DNA of 64,000 bases from an uncultured virus (IMG/VR IMGVR_UViG_3300025695_000008) (IMGVR_UViG_3300025695_000008); one strand, 5' to 3'. Positions 1 to 8,893 are shown, counted from the stretch's first letter. The notes: a model not told the origin generated them from the sequence alone. Translations and numbers: made by a program.

Positions 1-151
1 CGTACTTAGCGTTCTCCCACCAACCTTCATTAAGTGGATCTAAATCTATTTTAGACAATTCGTTATTTATTAATTCCTCTTCATTTATTAATGATAACCC
101 CATCTGAGTTCTAATATCATTAATTTCTGTTAAAATGTTTTTATGTGACAT
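1..151 (-). CDS. 5' part of a putative internal head protein (runs off the window)
   Basis: ATG at 151 reads MSHKNILTEINDIRTQMGLSLINEEELINNELSKIDLDPLNEGWWENAKY; repeated L/I-x-E motifs; TATTTATA motif upstream at 211-218. Confidence 0.65.
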   Translation of the reverse strand, partial: MSHKNILTEINDIRTQMGLSLINEEELINNELSKIDLDPLNEGWWENAKY

Positions 152-247
152 ATCTTTTTTTTTATGTATGGTTAACCCCATTAACCAATTACTGGTTAAA
201 TTACCATATATATAAATAGGTTGTTAAGTTAAAAAGTACAGACCTTT

Positions 248-556
248 CTAATTGGTTAGTATACTTATTAATAGTGGTGCTAATTTATATCCAGTAAAGG
301 CACCTATAGCTGTAGGTATAGGGAATACTATGAATTTACCTAGTGAGGTTATATATTTGGGTCTGTTAACAACTTTACCCAAGAAAAAGTAATAGATTAA
401 GTATGATAAAAGCACTGCGATATCAATCCCAGTAGTTATAGTAACAACCACCATGGCACCTAGTAACCCGTAAACAAAGTTATAAAGAACCCCGTCTAAC
501 CATATTTCTTTCTTATCGTTTTCTCGATATTCTTCTATAATTTTTTTACCGTTCAT
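248..556 (-). CDS. hypothetical membrane protein
   Basis: 102 aa with about 3 hydrophobic segments; overlaps upstream gene by 4 nt. Confidence 0.7.
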   Translation of the reverse strand: MNGKKIIEEYRENDKKEIWLDGVLYNFVYGLLGAMVVVTITTGIDIAVLLSYLIYYFFLGKVVNRPKYITSLGKFIVFPIPTAIGAFTGYKLAPLLISILTN

Positions 557-858
557 CGTCTATTAAATATATTATTGAGTAGTGAGATAAACGAGCTTAC
601 CATATTATTGCGATTTATTTTAGGTCTAATTAAATCGTAATATTCATTAGCCACGTCTGGGTTTTTCTTCATATATCCGATAAACATTTCATTGAATAGT
701 TCTTCATTTAATATAGTATATTTACCACAAGTATAATGAGCTAACTCATATTCTAACCCAAATAATGGGTCATAAATACATATCCTATATACGTCTTTAT
801 CCATGCGTTCAATTACGATTTCATTAAAATCGTCATAAATATATTTAATGTATGTCAT
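553..858 (-). CDS. hypothetical protein
   Basis: 101 aa ORF, translationally coupled to neighbours. Confidence 0.65.
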   Translation of the reverse strand: MTYIKYIYDDFNEIVIERMDKDVYRICIYDPLFGLEYELAHYTCGKYTILNEELFNEMFIGYMKKNPDVANEYYDLIRPKINRNNMVSSFISLLNNIFNRR

Positions 859-1075
859 GTTTGTCTTTTTTATGATTAAAAGAGGAGGTTAAAAAAGTTA
901 TTAAAACCCTTAACCCCAAAGCTTTCCAAAACGTTATAATACTTAACCCTGAGACTGTTGTTACTAAACAAGTGTTCCATAACCACATTATTAGGTACGA
1001 AGTTATAATGGTGTAGATTATTACGTGTAATAGGGTACCAATTAAATTACTTGTTAGGTTCTTAATTCTATTCAT
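845..1075 (-). CDS. hypothetical membrane protein
   Basis: 76 aa, two hydrophobic helices, MWLWN...ITFWKALGL pattern typical of small phage membrane proteins. Confidence 0.7.
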   Translation of the reverse strand: MNRIKNLTSNLIGTLLHVIIYTIITSYLIMWLWNTCLVTTVSGLSIITFWKALGLRVLITFLTSSFNHKKDKHDIH

Positions 1076-1605
1076 TATAAAGATGTTTTAAGTATAACGT
1101 AATTTTGTTGTTGGAAATCTACGTTGAATTTTCTCATAAGTGTCTTTAATGAATCTAAAGGATCTAGTAGAGGGTATAACTCTGCAACGTCCTTAGGCAT
1201 GTTGTAATTAGGGTAACTACACCCATTCTTTTTAATCCATTTGTGGTTTTTGTGCATGAATGTAAATTCTTTACCAGTTTCATCAATAAAATCGAATTTC
1301 TCCCAACCCTCTTTATCGGCTGGTTCAACCCAACTCTCTTCGTATTTAATGAAGTTATCAATGTGATCAATTATTATATCTGGATTTTTATATATATCTT
1401 CCAGTACACCAACTAATTTATATCTACCTAATTCTAAACCACTAAACTCAAGCAAAATCTCATTATTGGTGCCGAGTCTTTTAACTAAATTACCAGTCAT
1501 ACCATCCATGAATACCTCGTCGTAGGGTCCAACTAATTCCACGAAGTGAAATTTAGATGTATAGGTGTCGGCCTCTAGCCCAGACCATATTTTATCTTCT
1601 GTCAT
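1075..1605 (-). CDS. hypothetical protein
   Basis: 176 aa ORF abutting next gene. Confidence 0.7.
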   Translation of the reverse strand: MTEDKIWSGLEADTYTSKFHFVELVGPYDEVFMDGMTGNLVKRLGTNNEILLEFSGLELGRYKLVGVLEDIYKNPDIIIDHIDNFIKYEESWVEPADKEGWEKFDFIDETGKEFTFMHKNHKWIKKNGCSYPNYNMPKDVAELYPLLDPLDSLKTLMRKFNVDFQQQNYVILKTSL

Positions 1606-1626
1606 ATCTATTTTATTTATCTATTT

Positions 1627-1887
1627 TTATAACCAAGAGTAGTCCTCAACCCAGATTGGTGATTTGTAATCACTTAGTGAATTAAATATGTTATCCGTAG
1701 CGTATTGAGTGGCTTGGTCTGGGGTTAAAGACTCATTAAACATTAATATGTCAATGACTCTGCTTCTAGAATATACGACTGACCATGTGTTCTGGTCAAA
1801 CCCTATAATAGCCTCATCAAGTCCGCTAACATATATAATATCTTCTGATGGTTCAAAATCAAACCCTATTCGTTCTTTAATACTCAT
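1627..1887 (-). CDS. conserved phage hypothetical protein
   Basis: 86 aa, GLDEAIIG...VVYS...PIW pattern; host-type promoter 4 nt upstream of ATG. Confidence 0.7.
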   Translation of the reverse strand: MSIKERIGFDFEPSEDIIYVSGLDEAIIGFDQNTWSVVYSRSRVIDILMFNESLTPDQATQYATDNIFNSLSDYKSPIWVEDYSWL

Positions 1888-1891
1888 AACA

Positions 1892-1922
1892 CAAATATAG
1901 TCATTATTTTTGTTTTAAACAA
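1892..1922 (-). promoter_or_regulatory. Bacteroidota-type housekeeping promoter (-33 TTG / -7 TATATTTG)
   Basis: TTG-N20-TATATTTG ending 4 nt before ATG 1887. Confidence 0.7.
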
Positions 1923-1929
1923 GTCTTAA

Positions 1930-2808
1930 CTAAAAACAACTAAAATATCTGTCCCCTCTATCACAAAGGAAGGTTATTACAGGACCATCTGGGTTATATT
2001 TTTCAATATATCTTTCCGCAGCTAATATATTAGACCCAGCTGAAATACCTACAAATATACCATGTTCTTTAGCTAACTTAGACGCTCTTAGTTTTGCATC
2101 CTCTGTACTAATAGTAATAATTTTATCTACAACACTCAAATCAACTAAAAATTTTGAGCCGTCACCTATCCCCTGTATACCGTGTAAACCTGGTTTACCA
2201 CCACTCATCACAGGAGATTCTTCAGGTTCCACAGCAACTATATCCATATTAAGGTAGTGTGTTTTTAACGTTGGTCCCACGCCCATTAGTGTCCCTCCAG
2301 TACCCGTACCACTGATTATTGCACTTGGTTCTATAGAAATATTTCTACATTGGTCTAGTATCTCTACCGCAGTACCCTCCTTGTGTGATTCAATGTTTAA
2401 AGGGTTATTAAATTGATTACAATTAAACCAACCATTTGCTTCACACATTTCATCCCTAAGTGTAATGGCGTGATCAAATGCACCTGCATCTACCTCAATA
2501 AGTTCAGCGCCATAAAGTTCTAGAGTTTTCTTTCGTTCAATTGACATATTGTTGGGCATGATGATAACACACTTATACCCTCTTTCTGCCGCTAACCAGG
2601 CAAAACTAACACCCATATTCCCAGAAGTGGCCTCACATATGGTTCCACCTGGTAATAGGGTACCGTTTTTTTCCGCATCGTTAATAATAAGGGATGCTGG
2701 TCTATCTTTTATAGATCCAGTTGGATTTAGTAATTCAGCTTTAGCGTAAATTTTATCCGTTATTTTAATTAATGGTGTATTACCAATAAAGGTTGATAGA
2801 CTATTCAT
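1930..2808 (-). CDS. cysK: cysteine synthase (PLP-dependent O-acetylserine sulfhydrylase, CysK/CysM family)
   Basis: IGNTPL, NPTGSIKDR (PLP lysine), EATSGN, GTGTGGT, HGIQGIG, DRGDRY motifs. Confidence 0.92.
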   Translation of the reverse strand: MNSLSTFIGNTPLIKITDKIYAKAELLNPTGSIKDRPASLIINDAEKNGTLLPGGTICEATSGNMGVSFAWLAAERGYKCVIIMPNNMSIERKKTLELYGAELIEVDAGAFDHAITLRDEMCEANGWFNCNQFNNPLNIESHKEGTAVEILDQCRNISIEPSAIISGTGTGGTLMGVGPTLKTHYLNMDIVAVEPEESPVMSGGKPGLHGIQGIGDGSKFLVDLSVVDKIITISTEDAKLRASKLAKEHGIFVGISAGSNILAAERYIEKYNPDGPVITFLCDRGDRYFSCF

Positions 2809-2819
2809 ATTATATTACG

Positions 2820-2827
2820 TATTTATA
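2820..2827 (+). promoter_or_regulatory. putative phage late promoter TATTTATA
   Basis: same motif recurs on the sense strand upstream of about 10 late/structural genes. Confidence 0.5.
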
Positions 2828-2844
2828 CTATATAAGTATACGCT

Positions 2845-3447
2845 ATGGGTTATAAAAAAAAACTAATAATATACATAATATTAATTATAAGTCCGTTAAG
2901 TTTATTAGCCCAAAGGGATAGTATCCACTTTAAAAATGATATATTCTCTGGTATATATTCAGAAGTTTACCAACAACCTTTAACAATTTCATATAAAGTG
3001 CTTTGTCCGAATGGTAGCGCATCTAGATATGGTATGGATTTTTATACAAATGATAGTATAATCACCTCAGATAATAACGATTATAAAGATAATGTATGGG
3101 ATAAGGGACATATAGCTCCAGCCGCTGACTTTAATTGTAATTTAGACACCTTAAGAAAGACTTTCACTTACCTTAATTGTGCACTACAACACAAAAACCT
3201 TAATAGGGGTTTATGGAGATCTTTAGAGTCTTATGAAAGACAGTTAGGTTTGAATAATGACGTATCGATAGTTGTCGATATAATTTTTAGTCCTAAATCA
3301 AAAAGATTAAGTACTGGAGCTGTTGTACCTGACGGCTTTAAAAAAAGTATATATATTGATGGCGTAATGACCGAATGTTATTACTTCCCAAATTCAGAAA
3401 CTATTAAAGGGGTCACTTACAAACATTATATGGTGGATTGCTTGTAA
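2845..3447 (+). CDS. secreted DNA/RNA non-specific endonuclease (NucA/Serratia beta-beta-alpha-Me family)
   Basis: N-terminal signal peptide (KKK, hydrophobic stretch, LLA); DKGHIAPAADF, N..LQ...LNRGLWRSLE, VPDGFKK motifs. Confidence 0.88.
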   Translation: MGYKKKLIIYIILIISPLSLLAQRDSIHFKNDIFSGIYSEVYQQPLTISYKVLCPNGSASRYGMDFYTNDSIITSDNNDYKDNVWDKGHIAPAADFNCNLDTLRKTFTYLNCALQHKNLNRGLWRSLESYERQLGLNNDVSIVVDIIFSPKSKRLSTGAVVPDGFKKSIYIDGVMTECYYFPNSETIKGVTYKHYMVDCL

Positions 3448-3449
3448 GA

Positions 3450-3764
3450 CTACTTAGTGTTATCTTCAATCCAGGTAATAACTTTATCAGCGGTTTTAGC
3501 ACCTAACGTGGTTGCAACCTCTTCACCCCCTTTGATTAATTTAAGTGCGGGTATTGATCTTATACCGTATTCTTTAGCTAAATCACCATGTTCTTCAACA
3601 TTAATTTTACAGAAAGTCACATTATTAATTTCAGTACTCAATTTATCTAAAACTGGTAATAAAACCTTACAGGGGCCACACCAATCGGCGTAGAAATCCA
3701 TAACCACAATGTTGTTATTATTAATAATATCCTCTATTTGTTCTCTATTTTCTATCTTTATCAT
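3450..3764 (-). CDS. trxA: thioredoxin
   Basis: DFYADWCGPCK active site, IRSIP cis-Pro motif. Confidence 0.95.
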   Translation of the reverse strand: MIKIENREQIEDIINNNNIVVMDFYADWCGPCKVLLPVLDKLSTEINNVTFCKINVEEHGDLAKEYGIRSIPALKLIKGGEEVATTLGAKTADKVITWIEDNTK

Positions 3765-3807
3765 ATAATATAATTATCTCAATTTTTATCACAAAGTAAA
3801 TAATTTA

Positions 3808-6033
3808 TTAACTAAATAATTCTACTTCATTCTCTCTATCATTAACAGTTATTAGTTCACATAACGATGTTTGGGTTTTATCCGTTTTTACTGTCGCCAC
3901 ACCTTGATAGAAGGATCTTTTTCTACCAATAACCACACATAATTTTTTAGCTCTAGTTATACCAGTATATAATAAAGATCTATCCGACATGTGTGTGTGC
4001 TCGCTTATTATGGGCATTATGACACAATCAAATTCACTACCTTGTGATTTATGTATGGTTATAGCAAAAGCTAACTCTATTTGGTTTAAATCTTGAGTGG
4101 AGTAATTAACCGCTTTGTTATCATAAGATACCACACAAGTCCTGTCTTTACCATTTATAGATACGATTTTACCTATCTCGCCATTAAAAACTTCTAATTC
4201 GTAATTATTTTTTACGTGTATAACTTTATCATTTAACCTAAACCTTTTACCACTGTTAAGAATTATCTGATTATTTAAATCTGGGTTAATAATATCTTGT
4301 ATCATGGAGTTTATATTATCACACCCAACAACACCAACCCTTTTAGGTATTAATATTTGTATGTCTCGTATAGATCTGTACTTTTTTATCGTATCGGTAT
4401 AGAGTTTTACGATCATCTTTTTTATATCCATATTATAATGTAATGTAGACTCTTTAGGATAATCAGATGATCGTCTACCATCATTTAAATCAGATTCTAG
4501 GAACATAAAATCGGTATCTGAACTCCATATTTCTGGGTTAACTATTGGTGACATTAGGTTTACTGGAGAACCTTTTGATATTGAGTGAGCAGACTTAACT
4601 ATGTCTGAGTTAAGACCTTGTCTAAATATCTTATTAAGTCTATAGGATGGAACCGCACCGCTATTAATCATATCTTTAAATGGGGAACCTGGACCTATTG
4701 GGGGTAATTGCTCGTGATCACCAACGAATAGAACTTGACAATCCTCTGGTATTGAATCTAATAGTGATGCCATGAGTTTAATGTCTATCATTGACGATTC
4801 CTCTACTATAAGATAATCACAATTTATAGGATTGTCGTAATTTCTAGTGAAGTTTTTTGTAACAAAGTCAAATTCTAATAATCTGTGTATGGTCATAGCC
4901 TTATGCCCTATGACTTCACTACTCCTAGCAGCAGCTTTACCCGTTGGGGCACATATAATAACTTCTTTAAATGATTCGGTCAAATTATCAACGATAGTTT
5001 TAGTCGTATATGTTTTACCACAACCTGGTCCACCCGTAAGTATCGATATTTTATTAGATAATGCCCCTATAACGGCTAGTTTTTGCTCTCCACTCAGAGT
5101 CGTATCGTTAACACTTACGTTTTCCACGACATTACTTTGTTGTAGTAACATATCCTTTATTATGTTTACCACACTTTGCTCCGCATTATAAAGTCTTAAA
5201 GAGTAATACCTATCTTCACCACATAGTGTTAATTTAACCACCTTGTCACTCAATAATGCCCTATCAATTAAATCAATATCTTTTTTATTAATTAGGCTCC
5301 ACACCTTATCAACTAATTGTCCTTTAGTTAAATAACAACTACCGTAATTAGTATCGCTCTCTAATATATATTTCAAACACTCTGCATATCTGGTTTCAGA
5401 GTCCTCGTCTAACCCCATTTTTAGAGCTATTTTGTCAGCCATTCTAAAACCAATACCATCTATTTCTTCTATTAGAATATAGGGGTTCTTAGTTATAACC
5501 GCTATGGAATTCTCTCTGTATCTATCATATATTTTTTCTAGATTAACTCCAGTGATACCGTTTTGTTGTAAAAAAACGATTATTTCACTCTTAATCGTAT
5601 TGCTCAACCACACCTCCTTTATACCCTCTAATAAAGTTTTCTTAACACCAGGTACATCAAGTATTATGTCTGGGTTATCTTTTATTTTACCAACGGGATT
5701 GTCACCCAGAAAATCAACTATCTTATTGGCGGTAACTTCACCAATACCCTTAAATAAACCAGATTTTAGGTAAACCTTAAACCCTTTAGATGTGTCAGGT
5801 AATTGTTCTATGGCGAACTTGGCCTTAAATTGTTTACCGTATTTAGAGTTGATGTCAAACTCACCACTAAACTCTGCCATAAACCCCTTTTTTATATTAG
5901 GGTGGTTAACAGATACGACCATGTCTAGACACTTTAACCCATTTTTATCTGAATCATCAATCGAGACGGAACATATATTAAAATCATCACTTTTGTATAT
6001 AACCCTCTTAACTTTACCTATTAATTTATCCAT
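3808..6033 (-). CDS. recD2: RecD2-like SF1B DNA helicase
   Basis: N-terminal OB/HhH region (GIGEVTA, GIGFRMAD), Walker A GGPGCGKT, APTGKAA, VGDHEQLPPIGPG, IFRQ, AITIHKSQGSEF, LLYTGITRAK. Confidence 0.93.
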   Translation of the reverse strand: MDKLIGKVKRVIYKSDDFNICSVSIDDSDKNGLKCLDMVVSVNHPNIKKGFMAEFSGEFDINSKYGKQFKAKFAIEQLPDTSKGFKVYLKSGLFKGIGEVTANKIVDFLGDNPVGKIKDNPDIILDVPGVKKTLLEGIKEVWLSNTIKSEIIVFLQQNGITGVNLEKIYDRYRENSIAVITKNPYILIEEIDGIGFRMADKIALKMGLDEDSETRYAECLKYILESDTNYGSCYLTKGQLVDKVWSLINKKDIDLIDRALLSDKVVKLTLCGEDRYYSLRLYNAEQSVVNIIKDMLLQQSNVVENVSVNDTTLSGEQKLAVIGALSNKISILTGGPGCGKTYTTKTIVDNLTESFKEVIICAPTGKAAARSSEVIGHKAMTIHRLLEFDFVTKNFTRNYDNPINCDYLIVEESSMIDIKLMASLLDSIPEDCQVLFVGDHEQLPPIGPGSPFKDMINSGAVPSYRLNKIFRQGLNSDIVKSAHSISKGSPVNLMSPIVNPEIWSSDTDFMFLESDLNDGRRSSDYPKESTLHYNMDIKKMIVKLYTDTIKKYRSIRDIQILIPKRVGVVGCDNINSMIQDIINPDLNNQIILNSGKRFRLNDKVIHVKNNYELEVFNGEIGKIVSINGKDRTCVVSYDNKAVNYSTQDLNQIELAFAITIHKSQGSEFDCVIMPIISEHTHMSDRSLLYTGITRAKKLCVVIGRKRSFYQGVATVKTDKTQTSLCELITVNDRENEVELFS

Positions 6034-6448
6034 TATTATTATTAAATATATTTTCGTAATTTAGTTTAAGTAAACTAATTCTGTTTGTTATTTCTACATC
6101 ATCTTTTAGATCCATTTCATGTATATTACAGTCACTAAGGTCTAAACCAATCAAGTCAGTAATTAATTTAAATTTTGTTTCGTCTTTGATATATGTTACC
6201 ATATTTTTTTCTGGGTACCTAGCTAACCAACCAGATAGACCTTTTATGACGTTGTCTATAGATTCTTTAAGTTCTATTTCCTTATGTTCTGGATCGGCCT
6301 CTAAGTGAAATATAGTGTCGTTATACTTTAACTCCTCTATGCGAATACCACTGCTTATAGGTTCGGCGTAAAAGTGGCCTTCTGTTGATAGAAAGAATAC
6401 CGACCTAACTTCATTATCAATTAAATCTATGTCGAAATATATATCCAT
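6026..6448 (-). CDS. hypothetical protein
   Basis: 140 aa; promoter 4 nt upstream. Confidence 0.65.
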   Translation of the reverse strand: MDIYFDIDLIDNEVRSVFFLSTEGHFYAEPISSGIRIEELKYNDTIFHLEADPEHKEIELKESIDNVIKGLSGWLARYPEKNMVTYIKDETKFKLITDLIGLDLSDCNIHEMDLKDDVEITNRISLLKLNYENIFNNNNG

Positions 6449-6452
6449 GGGT

Positions 6453-6484
6453 CAAATATAAGTATTATATTATTAATAACCAAA
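6453..6484 (-). promoter_or_regulatory. Bacteroidota-type promoter
   Basis: TTTG-N20-TATATTTG ending 4 nt before ATG 6448. Confidence 0.7.
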
Positions 6485-6955
6485 TACAAGGGTAACATCT
6501 TTCAGTTCATCTAAACATCTCTCGTTTTCTTTGATATAATTTATATCTAGAACCCTTTCTTCGTCAAAACCAGTCATTGTGGTTGTTAGCCTAATAAATT
6601 TTGGGTAATTGCTAGCGTTTTTACCCATGAAAATATCTATAGAATCCCTCTCTTCTTTGGTTGAGTTTGTTATTACTATTCTTTGTAATTGGTATCTATC
6701 TGGTCTATTTTTTATTATAAATGATAACCTAGATCTAAATTTACTTAGGAACGTCAATAACTCATTATCGAAACCGCCGCTATAAAACTCTTTATTATCA
6801 ATGTTGTATAACAAACCTATTTGTGATAACGTTAGTACAGATTTATTTTCATCAATATTATCATCTTGGGAGGTTAAATAATGCACCGTTTTTATATGCA
6901 GGTGTAATCTATTACCCTTTATATAATTCGATAACATTGTATTGAAAATATTCAT
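6473..6955 (-). CDS. hypothetical protein
   Basis: 160 aa ORF with own promoter. Confidence 0.6.
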   Translation of the reverse strand: MNIFNTMLSNYIKGNRLHLHIKTVHYLTSQDDNIDENKSVLTLSQIGLLYNIDNKEFYSGGFDNELLTFLSKFRSRLSFIIKNRPDRYQLQRIVITNSTKEERDSIDIFMGKNASNYPKFIRLTTTMTGFDEERVLDINYIKENERCLDELKDVTLVFGY

Positions 6956-6973
6956 TAATTTGTGTTATTTTCA

Positions 6974-7004
6974 CAAATATAACAATTTAATTTAATTAAT
7001 CAAA
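6974..7004 (-). promoter_or_regulatory. Bacteroidota-type promoter
   Basis: TTTG-N19-TATATTTG. Confidence 0.65.
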
Positions 7005-7397
7005 CAAGAATGTGGTTATTGGTTGAGGTTTGGGTGTTTTTAGGGTGTTAAGTGTTATACCCTTTGAATCGAATAGTCTTACTAATTTCTTCCTAGTCTC
7101 AAGACCTATTTTGTTATTAGAACACTCGTAACCAATTAATTTAGGTGTTAATGAACCATTAGAAAAATAAAACTCTATGAATATTTTATCTTTAAATGGG
7201 GATAAGTTATTAAAAAAGTCGTAGTCTAGATTCGACAACTGATGGTTTTGTGATTTAGTTAAACTTATTAAGATGTGGAAATAGTATATGTTTAATCTAA
7301 TTATGTTTTTAGGTGGTGATTTATCGTGCAACGCTTTTAAAAAAGTAATTAAATCTTTATCAACTTCAATAGCAGTCGAATATATTTGATTACCCAT
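6996..7397 (-). CDS. hypothetical protein
   Basis: 133 aa, coupled to upstream ORF. Confidence 0.6.
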   Translation of the reverse strand: MGNQIYSTAIEVDKDLITFLKALHDKSPPKNIIRLNIYYFHILISLTKSQNHQLSNLDYDFFNNLSPFKDKIFIEFYFSNGSLTPKLIGYECSNNKIGLETRKKLVRLFDSKGITLNTLKTPKPQPITTFLFD

Positions 7398-7726
7398 TAT
7401 ACATCAAGTTTGTACCTATCTATTAGGTGGGCTTTGGTTATATGGTCCAAATCATGCATAAACTCTTCTCTAATTAAAACTATTGTACCAAAACTATTTG
7501 CGAAATCTTGATAAAAAGACATGTTTTCTGGTTTGAACTCACCGCGCTTTAATATATCAACATAAATACCGTTATTTATCACGTATTCAGGTTTCATTAA
7601 CATACTTTCATTTATAAAGAAAACTTCGTGATTCTCAGTTATACTTAACTCGTTCTTAGCACACCAACCCAAAAATTTTCGGTTTAATTCAATATGTAAT
7701 CTCCTTTTTGAATTGTTCATACTCAT
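7397..7726 (-). CDS. hypothetical protein, possibly degenerate PD-(D/E)xK nuclease fold
   Basis: KPEYVINNGIYVDILK resembles the PDF...IYIEVK motif. Confidence 0.55.
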   Translation of the reverse strand: MSMNNSKRRLHIELNRKFLGWCAKNELSITENHEVFFINESMLMKPEYVINNGIYVDILKRGEFKPENMSFYQDFANSFGTIVLIREEFMHDLDHITKAHLIDRYKLDV

Positions 7727-7785
7727 GGTAATAAATAGATGGAACTGACATTAAAAATTAAAAAAAAGGGGTTCTTAGTTATTAT

Positions 7786-8166
7786 TTAATCAGTTAAAAG
7801 ACTTTTTGTGTCCTTAACTAACTCATTCTTATTATTTTGATCTAATTGATCAATAGTGCGATATATATCGGCTAGTCCCTGTGATATATTATCCACTGTC
7901 TTATCTACTCTACTATCGATATGGCGATATAATTTATCTCTATCTAAATCTACATTCCTCTGCAACTCAGATATCGAATCATATGTTTCTCGCTCATTGT
8001 CGTTAACTTTAGTTCTCATAATACCAGCTTCGTATAACTGGTTCATTTTAAAATTTTCAAGATCTGCTTTAAGAGACTTGATTTTCATGTTGTTCATAAA
8101 CATACCCACTACCATCAATAACACGATGACAGCACATACACCTAAAATAAATGATGTTAATTCCAT
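7786..8166 (-). CDS. single-pass membrane protein with coiled-coil
   Basis: N-terminal TM helix then helical region; enclosed by 13-bp inverted repeat 7764-7776/8197-8209. Confidence 0.75.
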   Translation of the reverse strand: MELTSFILGVCAVIVLLMVVGMFMNNMKIKSLKADLENFKMNQLYEAGIMRTKVNDNERETYDSISELQRNVDLDRDKLYRHIDSRVDKTVDNISQGLADIYRTIDQLDQNNKNELVKDTKSLLTD

Positions 8167-8188
8167 AATTTTCTATTTTTTTAATGTT

Positions 8189-8202
8189 ATATGTCAAAGA
8201 AC
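8189..8202 (-). promoter_or_regulatory. boxA-like antitermination sequence
   Basis: GTTCTTTGACATAT directly 3' of tRNA-Ser resembles rrn boxA. Confidence 0.45.
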
Positions 8203-8210
8203 CCCTTTTG

Positions 8211-8295
8211 CGGAAGTGGTAGGATTCGAACCTACGGTACCGTTAAGTACGCTTGTTTTCAAGACAAGTCCATTCGACCACTCTGGCACACTTCC
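8211..8295 (-). tRNA. tRNA-Ser(TGA)
   Basis: GGAAGTG/CACTTCC acceptor stem, CTTGT-CT TGA AA-ACAAG anticodon arm, long variable arm, GGTTCGAATCC T arm; no encoded CCA. Confidence 0.95.
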
Positions 8296-8360
8296 TAATT
8301 ATATACCAATAATAGTAAATAGGCCTTATAATAACAAGTATTAATTTAAATTATATCCAT

Positions 8361-8390
8361 AAAAAAACCCACAGACTTTAATCTGTGGGC
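8361..8390 (-). terminator. intrinsic terminator after tmRNA
   Basis: GCCCACAGA-TTAAAG-TCTGTGGGT hairpin followed by T-tract on minus strand. Confidence 0.85.
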
Positions 8391-8392
8391 TT

Positions 8393-8779
8393 TGGTGGAG
8401 GTAACGGGATTCGAACCCATGTCTCGCTTAGTTATTAAATAACCCTCATTCACATGCTTAGTTGATTTTTATAAACCAACAAAATACCCAATTCCCTTTT
8501 TTTAGTGGTTCGGTTTATTGGTAACTAAACTTCCACTCGCTTATAAGATAGCGACACATCCTTTTGCAGTTTTGGGTGACTGTTGTTAATTAAGCTTACG
8601 CTTAAACTAATTCTAGATCTGCAAACTCAACAGGCTGTCCGTCCAACACGATGTTGCCTTCAGCGTCTATGTAGCTTTCGCTATTTATTTGTTCACATAG
8701 GTTATTAAAGTGTTTCCAATGCTAACACTGCATGCATCAAATTAAATAAGTAGCTACCGATCAATACCGATATACCCCC
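8393..8779 (-). ncRNA. ssrA: tmRNA (387 nt)
   Basis: 5' GGGGGTA pairs with 3' TACCTCC-ACCA including the G3:U70 Ala determinant; GGGTTCGAATCCC T arm; GCATG helix-2 motifs at both ends; internal tag ORF 8682-8602. Confidence 0.93.
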
Positions 8780-8793
8780 AAATTAATATAAAT

Positions 8794-8891
8794 AAAATAT
8801 AACCAAATAACCATTCTGGTTCTCGTAAACAGAAATCCCATCTTATTTAACCCTACTGTACGATACGGGTAGTTAAGTTAGGTTATATTTT
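8794..8891 (-). ncRNA. candidate structured ncRNA A (three-way junction, loop-loop pairing)
   Basis: 11-bp terminal stem AAAATATAACC/GGTTATATTTT, two internal hairpins, complementary loop segments TCGTA/TACGA. Confidence 0.55.
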
Positions 8892-8893
8892 TG

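Noticed and set aside
7856..8344. Plus-strand 162-aa ORF
   Set aside because: Antisense to a real gene and to tRNA-Ser
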